A stretch of DNA of 64,000 nucleotides from Eledone cirrhosa. Taxonomy: Eukaryota. Positions 12,301 to 27,600 of the stretch are shown piece after piece. Location of the stretch: positions 37,882,001 through 37,946,000 of the forward strand of contig OZ024740.1 in NCBI GenBank assembly GCA_964016885.1, in the 5' to 3' direction. Made by a program: the position numbers and the translations under genes. A model generated the notes under the pieces. It saw nothing but the letters and a program-made list of their open reading frames with translations, was not told the DNA's origin and searched no databases. The first letter of the stretch is position 1. Each line of letters opens with the position of its first letter.

Positions 12301-15300
12301 ACAGTATAGTTTGTGACAATACCTAGGTTTTAACAATGGTCCTATGGTTTATTACAGTTAAAAGACAGTATAGTTTGTGACAACACCTGGGTTTAAACAA
12401 TGGTCCTATGGTTTATTATAGTTAAAAGACAGTATAGTTTGTGCCAATACCTAGGTTTAAACAATGGTCCTATGGTTTATTACAGTTAAAAGACAGTATA
12501 GTTTGTGACAATACCTAGGTTTAAACAATGGTCCTATGGTTTATTACAGTTAAAAGACAGTATAGTTTGTGCCAATACCTAGGTTTAAACAATGGTCCTA
12601 TGGTTTATTACAGTTAAAAGACAGTATAGTTTGTGACAATACCTAGGTTTAAACAATGGTCCTATGGTTTATTACAGTTAAAAGACAGTATAGTTTGTGA
12701 CAATACCTAGGTTTAAATAATGGTCCTATGGTTTATTACAGTTAAAAGACAGTATAGTTTGTGACAATACCTCGGTTTAAACAATGGTCCTATGGTTTAT
12801 TACAGTTAAAAGACAGTATAGTTTGTGACAATACCTAGGTTTTAACAATGGTCCTATGGTTTATTACAGTTAAAAGACAGTATAGTTTGTGACAATACCT
12901 AGGTTTTAACAATGGTCCTATGGTTTATTACAGTTAAAAGACAGTATAGTTTGTGACAATACCTAGGTTTTAAAATGGTCCTATGGTTTATTAGTTAAAA
13001 GACAGTATAGTTTGTGACAATACCTAGGTTTAAACAATGGTCCTATGGTTTATTACAGTTAATAGACAGTATAGTTTGTGACAATACCTAGGTTTTAACG
13101 ATGGTCCTATGGTTTATTAGTTAAAAGACAGTATAGTTTGTGACAATACCTAGGTTTAAACAATGGTCCTATGGTTTATTACAGTTAAAAGACAGTATAG
13201 TTTGTGACTATACCTAGGTTTAAACAATGGTCCTATGGTTTATTACAGTTAAAAGACAGTATAGTTTGTGACAATACCTAGGTTTAAACAATGGTCCTAT
13301 GGTTTATTACAGTTAAAAGACAGTATAGTTTATGACAATATCTAGGTTTTAACAATGGTCCTATGGTTTATTACAGTTAAAAGACAGTATAGTTTGTGAC
13401 AATACCTAGGTTTAAACAATGGTCCTATGGTTTATTACTGTTAAAAGACAGTATAGTTTGTGACAATACCTAGGTTTAAACAATGGTCCTATGGTTTATT
13501 ACACTTAAAAGGCAGTATAGTTTGTGACAATACCTAGGTTTAAACAATGGTCCTATGGTTTATTACAGTTAAAAGACAGTATAGTTTGTGACAATACCTA
13601 GGTTTAAACAATGGTCCTATGGTTTATTACAGTTAAAAGACAGTATAGTTTGTGACAATACCTAGGTTTAAACAATGGTCCTATGGTTTATTACAGTTAA
13701 AAGACAGTATAGTTTGTGCCAATACCTAGGTTTTAACAATGGTCCTATGGTTTATTACAGTTAAAAGACAGTATAGTTTGTGACAATACCTAGGTTTAAA
13801 CAATGGTCCTATGGTTTATTACAGTTAAAAGACAGTATAGTTTGTGACAATACCTAGGTTTTAACAATGGTCTTATGGTTTATTACAGTTAAAAGATAGT
13901 ATAGTTTGTGACAATACCTAGGTTTTAACAATGGTCCTAAGGTTTATTACAGTTAAAAGACAGTATAGTTTGTGACAATATCTAGGTTTTAACAATGGTC
14001 CTATGGTTTATTACAGTTAAAAGACAGTATAGTTTGTGACAATACCTAGGTTTAAACAATGGTCCTATGGTTTATTACAGTTAAAAGACAGTATAGTTTG
14101 TGACAATACCTAGGTTTAAACAATGGTCCTATGGTTTACTAGTTAAAAGACAGTATAGTTTGTGACAATACCTAGGTTTTAACAATGGTCCTATGGTTTA
14201 TTAGTTAAAAGACAGTATAGTTTGTGACTATACCTAGGTTTAAACAATGGTCCTATGGTTTATTACAGTTAAAAGACAGTATAGTTTGTGACAATACCTA
14301 GGTTTAAACAATGGTCCTATGGTTTATTAGTTAAAAGACAGTATAGTTTGTGACAATACCTAGGTTTAAACAATGGTCCTATGGTTTATTAAGGTAAAAA
14401 GACAGTATAGTTTGTGACAATACCTAGGTTTTAACAATGGTCCTATGGTTTATTACAGTTCAAAGACAGTATAGTTTGTGACAACACCTGGGTTTAAACA
14501 ATGGTCCTATGGTTTATTATAGTTAAAAGACAGTATAGTTTGTGCCAATACCTAGGTTTAAACAATGGTCCTATAGTTTATTACAGTTAAAAGACAGTAT
14601 AGTTTGTGACAATACCTAGGTTTAAACAATGGTCCTATGGTTTATTACAGTTAAAAGACAGTATAGTTTGTGCCAATACCTAGGTTTAAACAATGGTCCT
14701 ATGGTTTATTACAGTTAAAAGACAGTATAGTTTGTGACAATACCTAGGTTTAAACAATGGTCCTATGGTTTATTACAGTTAAAAGACAGTATAGTTTGTG
14801 ACAATACCTAGGTTTAAATAATGGTCCTATGGTTTATTACAGTTAAAAGACAGTATAGTTTGTGACAATACCTCGGTTTAAACAATGGTCCTATGGTTTA
14901 TTACAGTTAAAAGACAGTATAGTTTGTGACAATACCTAGGTTTTAACAATGGTCCTATGGTTTATTACAGTTAAAAGACAGTATAGTTTGTGACAATACC
15001 TAGGTTTTAACAATGGTCCTATGGTTTATTACGGTAAAAAGACAGTATAGTTTGTGACAATACCTACGTTTAACAATGGTCCTATGGTTTATTAGTTAAA
15101 AGACAGTATAGTTTGTGACAATACCTAGGTTTAAACAATGGTCCTATGGTTTATTACAGTTAAAAGACAGTATAGTTTGTGACAATACCTAGGTTTTAAC
15201 GATGGTCCTATGGTTTATTAGTTAAAAGACAGTATAGTTTGTGACAATACCTAGGTTTAAACAATGGTCCTATGGTTTATTACAGTTAAAAGACAGTATA

Positions 15301-15600
15301 GTTTGTGACTATACCTAGGTTTAAACAATGGTCCTATGGTTTATTACAGTTAAAAGACAGTATAGTTTGTGACAATACCTAGGTTTAAACAATGGTCCTA
15401 TGGTTTATTACAGTTAAAAGACAGTATAGTTTGTGACAATACCTAGGTTTAAACAATGGTCCTATGGTTTATTACTGTTAAAAGACAGTATAGTTTGTGA
15501 CTATACCTAGGTTTAAACAATGGTCCTATGGTTTATTACAGTTAAAAGACAGTATAGTGTGTGACAATACCTAGGTTTAAACAATGGTCCTATGGTTTAT
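6400..15600. repeat. Higher-order block B: nested 2.1-kb (33-mer) units inside a 4,394-bp (69-mer) tandem duplication
   Basis: The AAAAGATAG marker G is at 7400, 9501, 11794 and 13895 (offsets 2101, 2293, 2101). AAAAGGCAG 9117/13511, TCCTAAGG 9541/13935, GTTCAAA 10067/14461, TACGTTTAAC 10671/15065 and TTTACTACAG 7131/11525 are all exactly 4394 apart. Confidence 0.9.
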
Positions 15601-18600
15601 TACGGTAAAAAGACAGTATAGTTTGTGACAATACCTAGGTTTTAACAATGGTCCTATGGTTTATTAGTTAAAAGACAGTATAGTTTGTGACAATACCTAG
15701 GTTTAAACAATGGTCCTATGGTTTATTACAGTTAAAAGACAGTATAGATTGTGACAATACCTAGGTTTAAACAATGGTCCTATGGTTTATTACAGTTAAA
15801 AGACAGTATAGTTTGTGACAATACCTAGGTTTAAACAATGGTCCTATGGTTTATTACAGTTAAAAGACAGTATAGATTGTGACAATACCTAGGTTTAAAC
15901 AATGGTCCTATGGTTTATTACAGTTAAAAGACAGTATAGTTTGTGACAATACCTAGGTTTAAACAATGGTCCTATGGTTTATTACAGTTAAAAGACAGTA
16001 TAGTTTGTGACAATATCTAGGTTTAAACAATGGTCCTATGGTTTATTACAGTTAAAAGACAGTATAGTTTGTGACAATACCTAGGTTTAAACAATGGTCC
16101 TATGGTTTATTACATTTAAAAGACAGTATAGTTTGTGACAATACCTAGGTTTAAACAATGGTCCTATGGTTTATTACAGTTAAAAGACAGTAAAGTTTGT
16201 GACAATACCAAGGTTTTAACAATGGTCCTATGGTTTATTACGGTTAAAAGACAGTATAGTTTGTGACAATACCTAGGTTTAAACAATGGTCCTATGGTTT
16301 ATTACGGTAAAAAGACAGTATAGTTTGTGACAATACCTAGGTTTAAACAATGGTCCTATGGTTTATTACAGTTAAAAGACAGTATAGTTTGTGCCAATAC
16401 CTAGGTTTAAACAATGGTCCTATGGTTTATTAGTTAAAAGACAGTATAGTTTGTGACAATACCTAGGTTTAAACAATGGTCCTATGGTTTATTACAGTTA
16501 AAAGACAGTATAGTTTGTGACAATACCTAGGTTTAAACAATGGTCCTATGGTTTATTACAGTTAAAAGACAGTATAGTTTGTGACAATACCTAGGTTTTA
16601 ACAATGGTCCTATGGTTTATTACAGTTAAAAGACAGTATAGTTTGTGACAATACCTAGGTTTAAACAATGGTCCTATGGTTTATTACGGTAAAAAGACAG
16701 TATAGTTTGTGACAATACCTAGGTTTAAACAATGGTCCTATGGTTTATTACAGTTAAAAGACAGTATAGTTTGTGACAATACCTAGGTTTAAACAATGGT
16801 CCTATGGTTTATTACAGTTAAAAGACAGTATAGTTTGTGACAATACCTAGGTTTTAACAATGGTCCTATGGTTTATTACAGTTAAAAGACAGTATAGTTT
16901 GTGACAATACCTAGGTTTAAACAATGGTCGTATGGTTTATTACAGTTAAAAGACAGTATAGTTTGTGACAATACCTAGGTTTAAACAATGGTCCTATGGT
17001 TTATTACAGTTAAAAGACAGTATAGTTTGTGACAATACCTAGGTTTTAACAATGGTCTTATGGTTTATTACAGTTAAAAGACAGTATAGTTTGTGACAAT
17101 ACCTAGGTTTTAACAATGGTCCTATGGTTTATTACAGTTAAAAGACAGTATAGTTTGTGACAATACCTAGGTTTAAACAATGGTCCTATGGTTTATTACA
17201 GTTAAAAGACAGTATAGTTTGTGCCAATACCTAGGTTTAAACAATGGTCCTATGGTTTATTACAGTTAAAAGACAGTATAGTTTGTGACAATACCTAGGT
17301 TTAAACAATGGTCGTATGGTTTATTACAGTTAAAAGACAGTATAGTTTGTGCCAATACCTAGGTTTAAACAATGGTCCTATGGTTTATTACAGTTAAAAG
17401 ACAGTATAGTTTGTGACAATACCTAGGTTTAAACAATGGTCCTATGGTTTATTACAGTTAAAAGACAGTATAGTTTGTGACAATACCTAGGTTTAAACAA
17501 TGGTCCTATGGTTTATTACAGTTAAAAGACAGTATAGTTTGTGACAATACCTAGGTTTAAACAATGGTCCTATGGTTTATTACAGTTAAAAGACAGTATA
17601 GTTTGTGCCAATACCTAGGTTTAAACAATGGTCCTATGGTTTATAACAGTTAAAAGACAGTATAGTTTGTGCCAATACCTAGGTTTAAACAATGGTCCTA
17701 TGGTTTATTACAGTTAAAAGACAGTATAGTTTGTGCCAATACCTAGGTTTAAACAATGGTCCTATGGTTTATAACAGTTAAAAGACAGTATAGTTTGTGA
17801 CAATACCTAGGTTTAAACAATGGTCCTATGGTTTATTACACTTAAAAGACAGTATAGTTTGTGACAATACCTAGGTTTAAACAATGGTCCTATGGTTTAT
17901 TACAGTTAAAAGACAGTATAGTTTGTGACAATACCTAGGTTTAAACAATGGTCTTATGGTTTATTACAGTTAAAAGACAGTATAATTTGTGACAACACCT
18001 AGGTTTAAACAATGGTCCTGTGGTTTATTACAGTTAAAAGACAGTATAGTGTGTGAAAATACCTAGGTTTAAACAATGGTCCTATGGTTTATTACGGTAA
18101 AAAGACAGTATAGTTTGTGACAATACCTAGGTTTTAACAATGGTCCTATGGTTTATTAGTTAAAAGACAGTATAGTTTGTGACAATACCTCGGTTTAAAC
18201 AATGGTCCTATGGTTTATTACAGTTAAAAGAGAGTATAGTTTGTGACAATACCTAGGTTTTAAAATGGTCCTATGGTTTATTAGTTAAAAGACAGTATAG
18301 TTTGTGACAATACCTAGGTTTAAACAATGGTCCTATGGTTTATTACAGTTAAAAGACAGTATAGTTTGTGACAATACCTAGGTTTTAACAATGGTCCTAT
18401 GGTTTATTAGTTAAAAGACAGTATAGTTTGTGACAATACCTAGGTTTAAACAATGGTCCTATGGTTTATTACAGTTAAAAGACAGTATAGTTTGTGACTA
18501 TACCTAGGTTTAAACAATGGTCCTATGGTTTATTACAGTTAAAAGACAGTATAGTTTGTGACAATACCTAGGTTTAAACAATGGTCCTATGGTTTATTAC

Positions 18601-21600
18601 AGTTAAAAGACAGTATAGTTTGTGACAATATCTAGGTTTTAACAATGGTCCTATGGTTTATTACAGTTAAAAGACAGTATAGTTTGTGACAATACCTAGG
18701 TTTAAACAATGGTCCTATGGTTTATTACTGTTAAAAGACAGTATAGTTTGTGACTATACCTAGGTTTAAACAATGGTCCTATGGTTTATTACAGTTAAAA
18801 GACAGTATAGTGTGTGACAATACCTAGGTTTAAACAATGGTCCTATGGTTTATTATGGTAAAAAGACAGTATAGTTTGTGACAATACCTAGGTTTTAACA
18901 ATGGTCCTATGGTTTATTAGTTAAAAGACAGTATAGTTTGTGACAATACCTAGGTTTAAACAATGGTCCTATGGTTTATTACAGTTAAAAGACAGTATAG
19001 TTTGTGACAATACCTAGGTTTTAACAATGGTCCTATGGTTTATTACAGTTAAAAGACAGTATAGTTTGTGACAATACCTAGGTTTTAACAATGGTCCTAT
19101 GGTTTATTAGTTAAAAGACAGTATAGTTTGTGACAATATCTAGGTTTTAACAATAGTCCTATGGTTTATTAGTTAAAAGACAGTATAGTTTGTGACAACA
19201 CGTAGGTTTTAACAATGGTCCTATGGTTTATTAGTTAAAAGACAGTATAGTTTGTGACAATACCTAGGTTTAAACAATGGTCCTATGGTTTATTACAGTT
19301 AAAAGACAGTATAGTTTGTGACTATACCTAGGTTTAAACAATGGTCCTATGGTTTATTAGTTAAAAGACAGTATAGTTTGTGACAATACCTAGGTTTAAA
19401 CGATGGTCCTATGGTTTATTACAGTTAAAAGAGAGTATAGTTTGTGACAATACCTAGGTTTTAAAATGGTCCTATGGTTTATTAGTTAAAAGAGAGTATA
19501 GTTTGTGACAATACCTAGGTTTAAACAATGGTCCTATGGTTTATTACAGTTAAAAGACAGTATAGTTTGTGACAATACCAAGGTTTTAACAATGGTCCTA
19601 TGATTTATTAGTTAAAAGACAGTATAGTTTGTGACAATACCTAGGTTTAAACAATGGTCCTATGGTTTATTACAGTTAAAAGACAGTATAGTTTGTGACT
19701 ATACCTAGGTTTAAACAATGGTCCTATGCTTTATTACAGTTAAAAGACAGTATAGTTTGTGACTATACCTAGGTTTAAACAATGGTCCTATGGTTTATTA
19801 CAGTTAAAAGACAGTATAGTGTGTGACAATACCTAGGTTTAAACAATGGTCCTATGGTTTATTACGGTAAAAAGACAGTATAGTTTGTGACAATACCTAG
19901 GTTTTAACAATGGTCCTATGGTTTATTAGTTAAAAGACAGTATAGTTTGTGACAATACCTAGGTTTAAACAATGGTCCTATGGTTTATTACAGTTAAAAG
20001 ACAGTATAGATTGTGACAATACCTAGGTTTAAACAATGGTCCTATGGTTTATTACAGTTAAAAGACAGTATAGTTTGTGACAATACCTAGGTTTAAACAA
20101 TGGTCCTATGGTTTATTACAGTTAAAAGACAGTATAGTTTGTGACAATATCTAGGTTTAAACAATGGTCCTATGGTTTATTACAGTTAAAAGACAGTATA
20201 GTTTGTGACAATACCTAGGTTTAAACAATGGTCCTATGGTTTATTACATTTAAAAGACAGTATAGTTTGTGACAATACCTAGGTTTAAACAATGGTCCTA
20301 TGGTTTATTACAGTTAAAAGACAGTAAAGTTTGTGACAATACCAAGGTTTTAACAATGGTCCTATGGTTTATTACGGTTAAAAGACAGTATAGTTTGTGA
20401 CAATACCTAGGTTTAAACAATGGTCCTATGGTTTATTACGGTAAAAAGACAGTATAGTTTGTGACAATACCTAGGTTTAAACAATGGTCCTATGGTTTAT
20501 TACAGTTAAAAGACAGTATAGTTTGTGCCAATACCTAGGTTTAAACAATGGTCCTATGGTTTATTAGTTAAAAGACAGTATAGTTTGTGACAATACCTAG
20601 GTTTAAACAATGGTCCTATGGTTTATTACAGTTAAAAGACAGTATAGTTTGTGACAATACCTAGGTTTAAACAATGGTCCTATGGTTTATTACAGTTAAA
20701 AGACAGTATAGTTTGTGACAATACCTAGGTTTTAACAATGGTCCTATGGTTTATTACAGTTAAAAGACAGTATAGTTTGTGACAATACCTAGGTTTAAAC
20801 AATGGTCCTATGGTTTATTACGGTAAAAAGACAGTATAGTTTGTGACAATACCTAGGTTTAAACAATGGTCCTATGGTTTATTACAGTTAAAAGACAGTA
20901 TAGTTTGTGACAATACCTAGGTTTAAACAATGGTCCTATGGTTTATTACAGTTAAAAGACAGTATAGTTTGTGACAATACCTAGGTTTTAACAATGGTCC
21001 TATGGTTTATTACAGTTAAAAGACAGTATAGTTTGTGACAATACCTAGGTTTAAACAATGGTCGTATGGTTTATTACAGTTAAAAGACAGTATAGTTTGT
21101 GACAATACCTAGGTTTAAACAATGGTCCTATGGTTTATTACAGTTAAAAGACAGTATAGTTTGTGACAATACCTAGGTTTTAACAATGGTCTTATGGTTT
21201 ATTACAGTTAAAAGACAGTATAGTTTGTGACAATACCTAGGTTTTAACAATGGTCCTATGGTTTATTACAGTTAAAAGACAGTATAGTTTGTGACAATAC
21301 CTAGGTTTAAACAATGGTCCTATGGTTTATTACAGTTAAAAGACAGTATAGTTTGTGCCAATACCTAGGTTTAAACAATGGTCCTATGGTTTATTACAGT
21401 TAAAAGACAGTATAGTTTGTGACAATACCTAGGTTTAAACAATGGTCGTATGGTTTATTACAGTTAAAAGACAGTATAGTTTGTGCCAATACCTAGGTTT
21501 AAACAATGGTCCTATGGTTTATTACAGTTAAAAGACAGTATAGTTTGTGACAATACCTAGGTTTAAACAATGGTCCTATGGTTTATTACAGTTAAAAGAC

Positions 21601-24600
21601 AGTATAGTTTGTGACAATACCTAGGTTTAAACAATGGTCCTATGGTTTATTACAGTTAAAAGACAGTATAGTTTGTGACAATACCTAGGTTTAAACAATG
21701 GTCCTATGGTTTATTACAGTTAAAAGACAGTATAGTTTGTGCCAATACCTAGGTTTAAACAATGGTCCTATGGTTTATAACAGTTAAAAGACAGTATAGT
21801 TTGTGCCAATACCTAGGTTTAAACAATGGTCCTATGGTTTATTACAGTTAAAAGACAGTATAGTTTGTGCCAATACCTAGGTTTAAACAATGGTCCTATG
21901 GTTTATAACAGTTAAAAGACAGTATAGTTTGTGACAATACCTAGGTTTAAACAATGGTCCTATGGTTTATTACACTTAAAAGACAGTATAGTTTGTGACA
22001 ATACCTAGGTTTAAACAATGGTCCTATGGTTTATTACAGTTAAAAGACAGTATAGTTTGTGACAATACCTAGGTTTAAACAATGGTCTTATGGTTTATTA
22101 CAGTTAAAAGACAGTATAATTTGTGACAACACCTAGGTTTAAACAATGGTCCTGTGGTTTATTACAGTTAAAAGACAGTATAGTGTGTGAAAATACCTAG
22201 GTTTAAACAATGGTCCTATGGTTTATTACGGTAAAAAGACAGTATAGTTTGTGACAATACCTAGGTTTTAACAATGGTCCTATGGTTTATTAGTTAAAAG
22301 ACAGTATAGTTTGTGACAATACCTAGGTTTAAACAATGGTCCTATGGTTTATTACAGTTAAAAGAGAGTATAGTTTGTGACAATACCTAGGTTTAAACAA
22401 TGGTCCTATGCTTTATTACAGTTAAAAGACAGTATAGTTTGTGACTATACCTAGGTTTAAACAATGGTCCTATGGTTTATTACAGTTAAAAGACAGTATA
22501 GTGTGTGACAATACCTAGGTTTAAACAATGGTCCTATGGTTTATTACGGTAAAAAGACAGTATAGTTTGTGACAATACCTAGGTTTTAACAATGGTCCTA
22601 TGGTTTATTAGTTAAAAGACAGTATAGTTTGTGACAATACCTAGGTTTAAACAATGGTCCTATGGTTTATTACAGTTAAAAGACAGTATAGATTGTGACA
22701 ATACCTAGGTTTAAACAATGGTCCTATGGTTTATTACAGTTAAAAGACAGTATAGTTTGTGACAATACCTAGGTTTAAACAATGGTCCTATGGTTTATTA
22801 CAGTTAAAAGACAGTATAGTTTGTGACAATATCTAGGTTTAAACAATGGTCCTATGGTTTATTACAGTTAAAAGACAGTATAGTTTGTGACAATACCTAG
22901 GTTTAAACAATGGTCCTATGGTTTATTACATTTAAAAGACAGTATAGTTTGTGACAATACCTAGGTTTAAACAATGGTCCTATGGTTTATTACAGTTAAA
23001 AGACAGTAAAGTTTGTGACAATACCAAGGTTTTAACAATGGTCCTATGGTTTATTACGGTTAAAAGACAGTATAGTTTGTGACAATACCTAGGTTTAAAC
23101 AATGGTCCTATGGTTTATTACGGTAAAAAGACAGTATAGTTTGTGACAATACCTAGGTTTAAACAATGGTCCTATGGTTTATTACAGTTAAAAGACAGTA
23201 TAGTTTGTGCCAATACCTAGGTTTAAACAATGGTCCTATGGTTTATTAGTTAAAAGACAGTATAGTTTGTGACAATACCTAGGTTTAAACAATGGTCCTA
23301 TGGTTTATTACAGTTAAAAGACAGTATAGTTTGTGACAATACCTAGGTTTAAACAATGGTCCTATGGTTTATTACAGTTAAAAGACAGTATAGTTTGTGA
23401 CAATACCTAGGTTTTAACAATGGTCCTATGGTTTATTACAGTTAAAAGACAGTATAGTTTGTGACAATACCTAGGTTTAAACAATGGTCCTATGGTTTAT
23501 TACGGTAAAAAGACAGTATAGTTTGTGACAATACCTAGGTTTAAACAATGGTCCTATGGTTTATTACAGTTAAAAGACAGTATAGTTTGTGACAATACCT
23601 AGGTTTAAACAATGGTCCTATGGTTTATTACAGTTAAAAGACAGTATAGTTTGTGACAATACCTAGGTTTTAACAATGGTCCTATGGTTTATTACAGTTA
23701 AAAGACAGTATAGTTTGTGACAATACCTAGGTTTAAACAATGGTCGTATGGTTTATTACAGTTAAAAGACAGTATAGTTTGTGACAATACCTAGGTTTAA
23801 ACAATGGTCCTATGGTTTATTACAGTTAAAAGACAGTATAGTTTGTGACAATACCTAGGTTTTAACAATGGTCTTATGGTTTATTACAGTTAAAAGACAG
23901 TATAGTTTGTGACAATACCTAGGTTTTAACAATGGTCCTATGGTTTATTACAGTTAAAAGACAGTATAGTTTGTGACAATACCTAGGTTTAAACAATGGT
24001 CCTATGGTTTATTACAGTTAAAAGACAGTATAGTTTGTGCCAATACCTAGGTTTAAACAATGGTCCTATGGTTTATTACAGTTAAAAGACAGTATAGTTT
24101 GTGACAATACCTAGGTTTAAACAATGGTCGTATGGTTTATTACAGTTAAAAGACAGTATAGTTTGTGCCAATACCTAGGTTTAAACAATGGTCCTATGGT
24201 TTATTACAGTTAAAAGACAGTATAGTTTGTGACAATACCTAGGTTTAAACAATGGTCCTATGGTTTATTACAGTTAAAAGACAGTATAGTTTGTGACAAT
24301 ACCTAGGTTTAAACAATGGTCCTATGGTTTATTACAGTTAAAAGACAGTATAGTTTGTGACAATACCTAGGTTTAAACAATGGTCCTATGGTTTATTACA
24401 GTTAAAAGACAGTATAGTTTGTGCCAATACCTAGGTTTAAACAATGGTCCTATGGTTTATAACAGTTAAAAGACAGTATAGTTTGTGCCAATACCTAGGT
24501 TTAAACAATGGTCCTATGGTTTATTACAGTTAAAAGACAGTATAGTTTGTGCCAATACCTAGGTTTAAACAATGGTCCTATGGTTTATAACAGTTAAAAG

Positions 24601-27600
24601 ACAGTATAGTTTGTGACAATACCTAGGTTTAAACAATGGTCCTATGGTTTATTACACTTAAAAGACAGTATAGTTTGTGACAATACCTAGGTTTAAACAA
24701 TGGTCCTATGGTTTATTACAGTTAAAAGACAGTATAGTTTGTGACAATACCTAGGTTTAAACAATGGTCTTATGGTTTATTACAGTTAAAAGACAGTATA
24801 ATTTGTGACAACACCTAGGTTTAAACAATGGTCCTGTGGTTTATTACAGTTAAAAGACAGTATAGTGTGTGAAAATACCTAGGTTTAAACAATGGTCCTA
24901 TGGTTTATTACGGTAAAAAGACAGTATAGTTTGTGACAATACCTAGGTTTTAACAATGGTCCTATGGTTTATTAGTTAAAAGACAGTATAGTTTGTGACA
25001 ATACCTAGGTTTAAACAATGGTCCTATGGTTTATTACAGTTAAAAGAGAGTATAGTTTGTGACAATACCTAGGTTTTAAAATGGTCCTATGGTTTATTAG
25101 TTAAAAGACAGTATAGTTTGTGACAATACCTAGGTTTAAACAATGGTCCTATGGTTTATTACAGTTAAAAGACAGTATAGTTTGTGACAATACCTAGGTT
25201 TTAACAATGGTCCTATGGTTTATTAGTTAAAAGACAGTATAGTTTGTGACAATACCTAGGTTTAAACAATGGTCCTATGGTTTATTACAGTTAAAAGACA
25301 GTATAGTTTGTGACTATACCTAGGTTTAAACAATGGTCCTATGGTTTATTACAGTTAAAAGACAGTATAGTTTGTGACAATACCTAGGTTTAAACAATGG
25401 TCCTATGGTTTATTACAGTTAAAAGACAGTATAGTTTGTGACAATATCTAGGTTTTAACAATGGTCCTATGGTTTATTACAGTTAAAAGACAGTATAGTT
25501 TGTGACAATACCTAGGTTTAAACAATGGTCCTATGGTTTATTACTGTTAAAAGACAGTATAGTTTGTGACTATACCTAGGTTTAAACAATGGTCCTATGG
25601 TTTATTACAGTTAAAAGACAGTATAGTGTGTGACAATACCTAGGTTTAAACAATGGTCCTATGGTTTATTACGTTAAAAAGACAGTATAGTTTGTGACAA
25701 TACCTAGGTTTTAACAATGGTCCTATGGTTTATTAGTTAAAAGACAGTATAGTTTGTGACAATACCTAGGTTTAAACAATGGTCCTATGGTTTATTACAG
25801 TTAAAAGACAGTATAGTTTGTGACAATACCTAGGTTTTAACAATGGTCCTATGGTTTATTACAGTTAAAAGACAGTATAGTTTGTGACAATACCTAGGTT
25901 TTAACAATGGTCCTATGGTTTATTAGTTAAAAGACAGTATAGTTTGTGACAATATCTAGGTTTTAACAATAGTCCTATGGTTTATTAGTTAAAAGACAGT
26001 ATAGTTTGTGACAACACGTAGGTTTTAACAATGGTCCTATGGTTTATTAGTTAAAAGACAGTATAGTTTGTGACAATACCTAGGTTTAAACAATGGTCCT
26101 ATGGTTTATTACAGTTAAAAGACAGTATAGTTTGTGACTATACCTAGGTTTAAACAATGGTCCTATGGTTTATTAGTTAAAAGACAGTATAGTTTGTGAC
26201 AATACCTAGGTTTAAACGATGGTCCTATGGTTTATTACAGTTAAAAGAGAGTATAGTTTGTGACAATACCTAGGTTTTAAAATGGTCCTATGGTTTATTA
26301 GTTAAAAGAGAGTATAGTTTGTGACAATACCTAGGTTTAAACAATGGTCCTATGGTTTATTACAGTTAAAAGACAGTATAGTTTGTGACAATACCAAGGT
26401 TTTAACAATGGTCCTATGATTTATTAGTTAAAAGACAGTATAGTTTGTGACAATACCTAGGTTTAAACAATGGTCCTATGGTTTATTACAGTTAAAAGAC
26501 AGTATAGTTTGTGACTATACCTAGGTTTAAACAATGGTCCTATGGTTTATAACAGTTAAAAGACAGTATAGTTTGTGCCAATACCTAGGTTTAAACAATG
26601 GTCCTATGGTTTATTACAGTTAAAAGACAGTATAGTTTGTGCCAATACCTAGGTTTAAACAATGGTCCTATGGTTTATAACAGTTAAAAGACAGTATAGT
26701 TTGTGACAATACCTAGGTTTAAACAATGGTCCTATGGTTTATTACACTTAAAAGACAGTATAGTTTGTGACAATACCTAGGTTTAAACAATGGTCCTATG
26801 GTTTATTACAGTTAAAAGACAGTATAGTTTGTGACAATACCTAGGTTTAAACAATGGTCTTATGGTTTATTACAGTTAAAAGACAGTATAATTTGTGACA
26901 ACACCTAGGTTTAAACAATGGTCCTGTGGTTTATTACAGTTAAAAGACAGTATAGTGTGTGAAAATACCTAGGTTTAAACAATGGTCCTATGGTTTATTA
27001 CGGTAAAAAGACAGTATAGTTTGTGACAATACCTAGGTTTTAACAATGGTCCTATGGTTTATTAGTTAAAAGACAGTATAGTTTGTGACAATACCTAGGT
27101 TTAAACAATGGTCCTATGGTTTATTACAGTTAAAAGAGAGTATAGTTTGTGACAATACCTAGGTTTTAAAATGGTCCTATGGTTTATTAGTTAAAAGACA
27201 GTATAGTTTGTGACAATACCTAGGTTTAAACAATGGTCCTATGGTTTATTACAGTTAAAAGACAGTATAGTTTGTGACAATACCTAGGTTTTAACAATGG
27301 TCCTATGGTTTATTAGTTAAAAGACAGTATAGTTTGTGACAATACCTAGGTTTAAACAATGGTCCTATGGTTTATTACAGTTAAAAGACAGTATAGTTTG
27401 TGACTATACCTAGGTTTAAACAATGGTCCTATGGTTTATTACAGTTAAAAGACAGTATAGTTTGTGACAATACCTAGGTTTAAACAATGGTCCTATGGTT
27501 TATTACAGTTAAAAGACAGTATAGTTTGTGACAATATCTAGGTTTTAACAATGGTCCTATGGTTTATTACAGTTAAAAGACAGTACAGTTTGTGACAATA

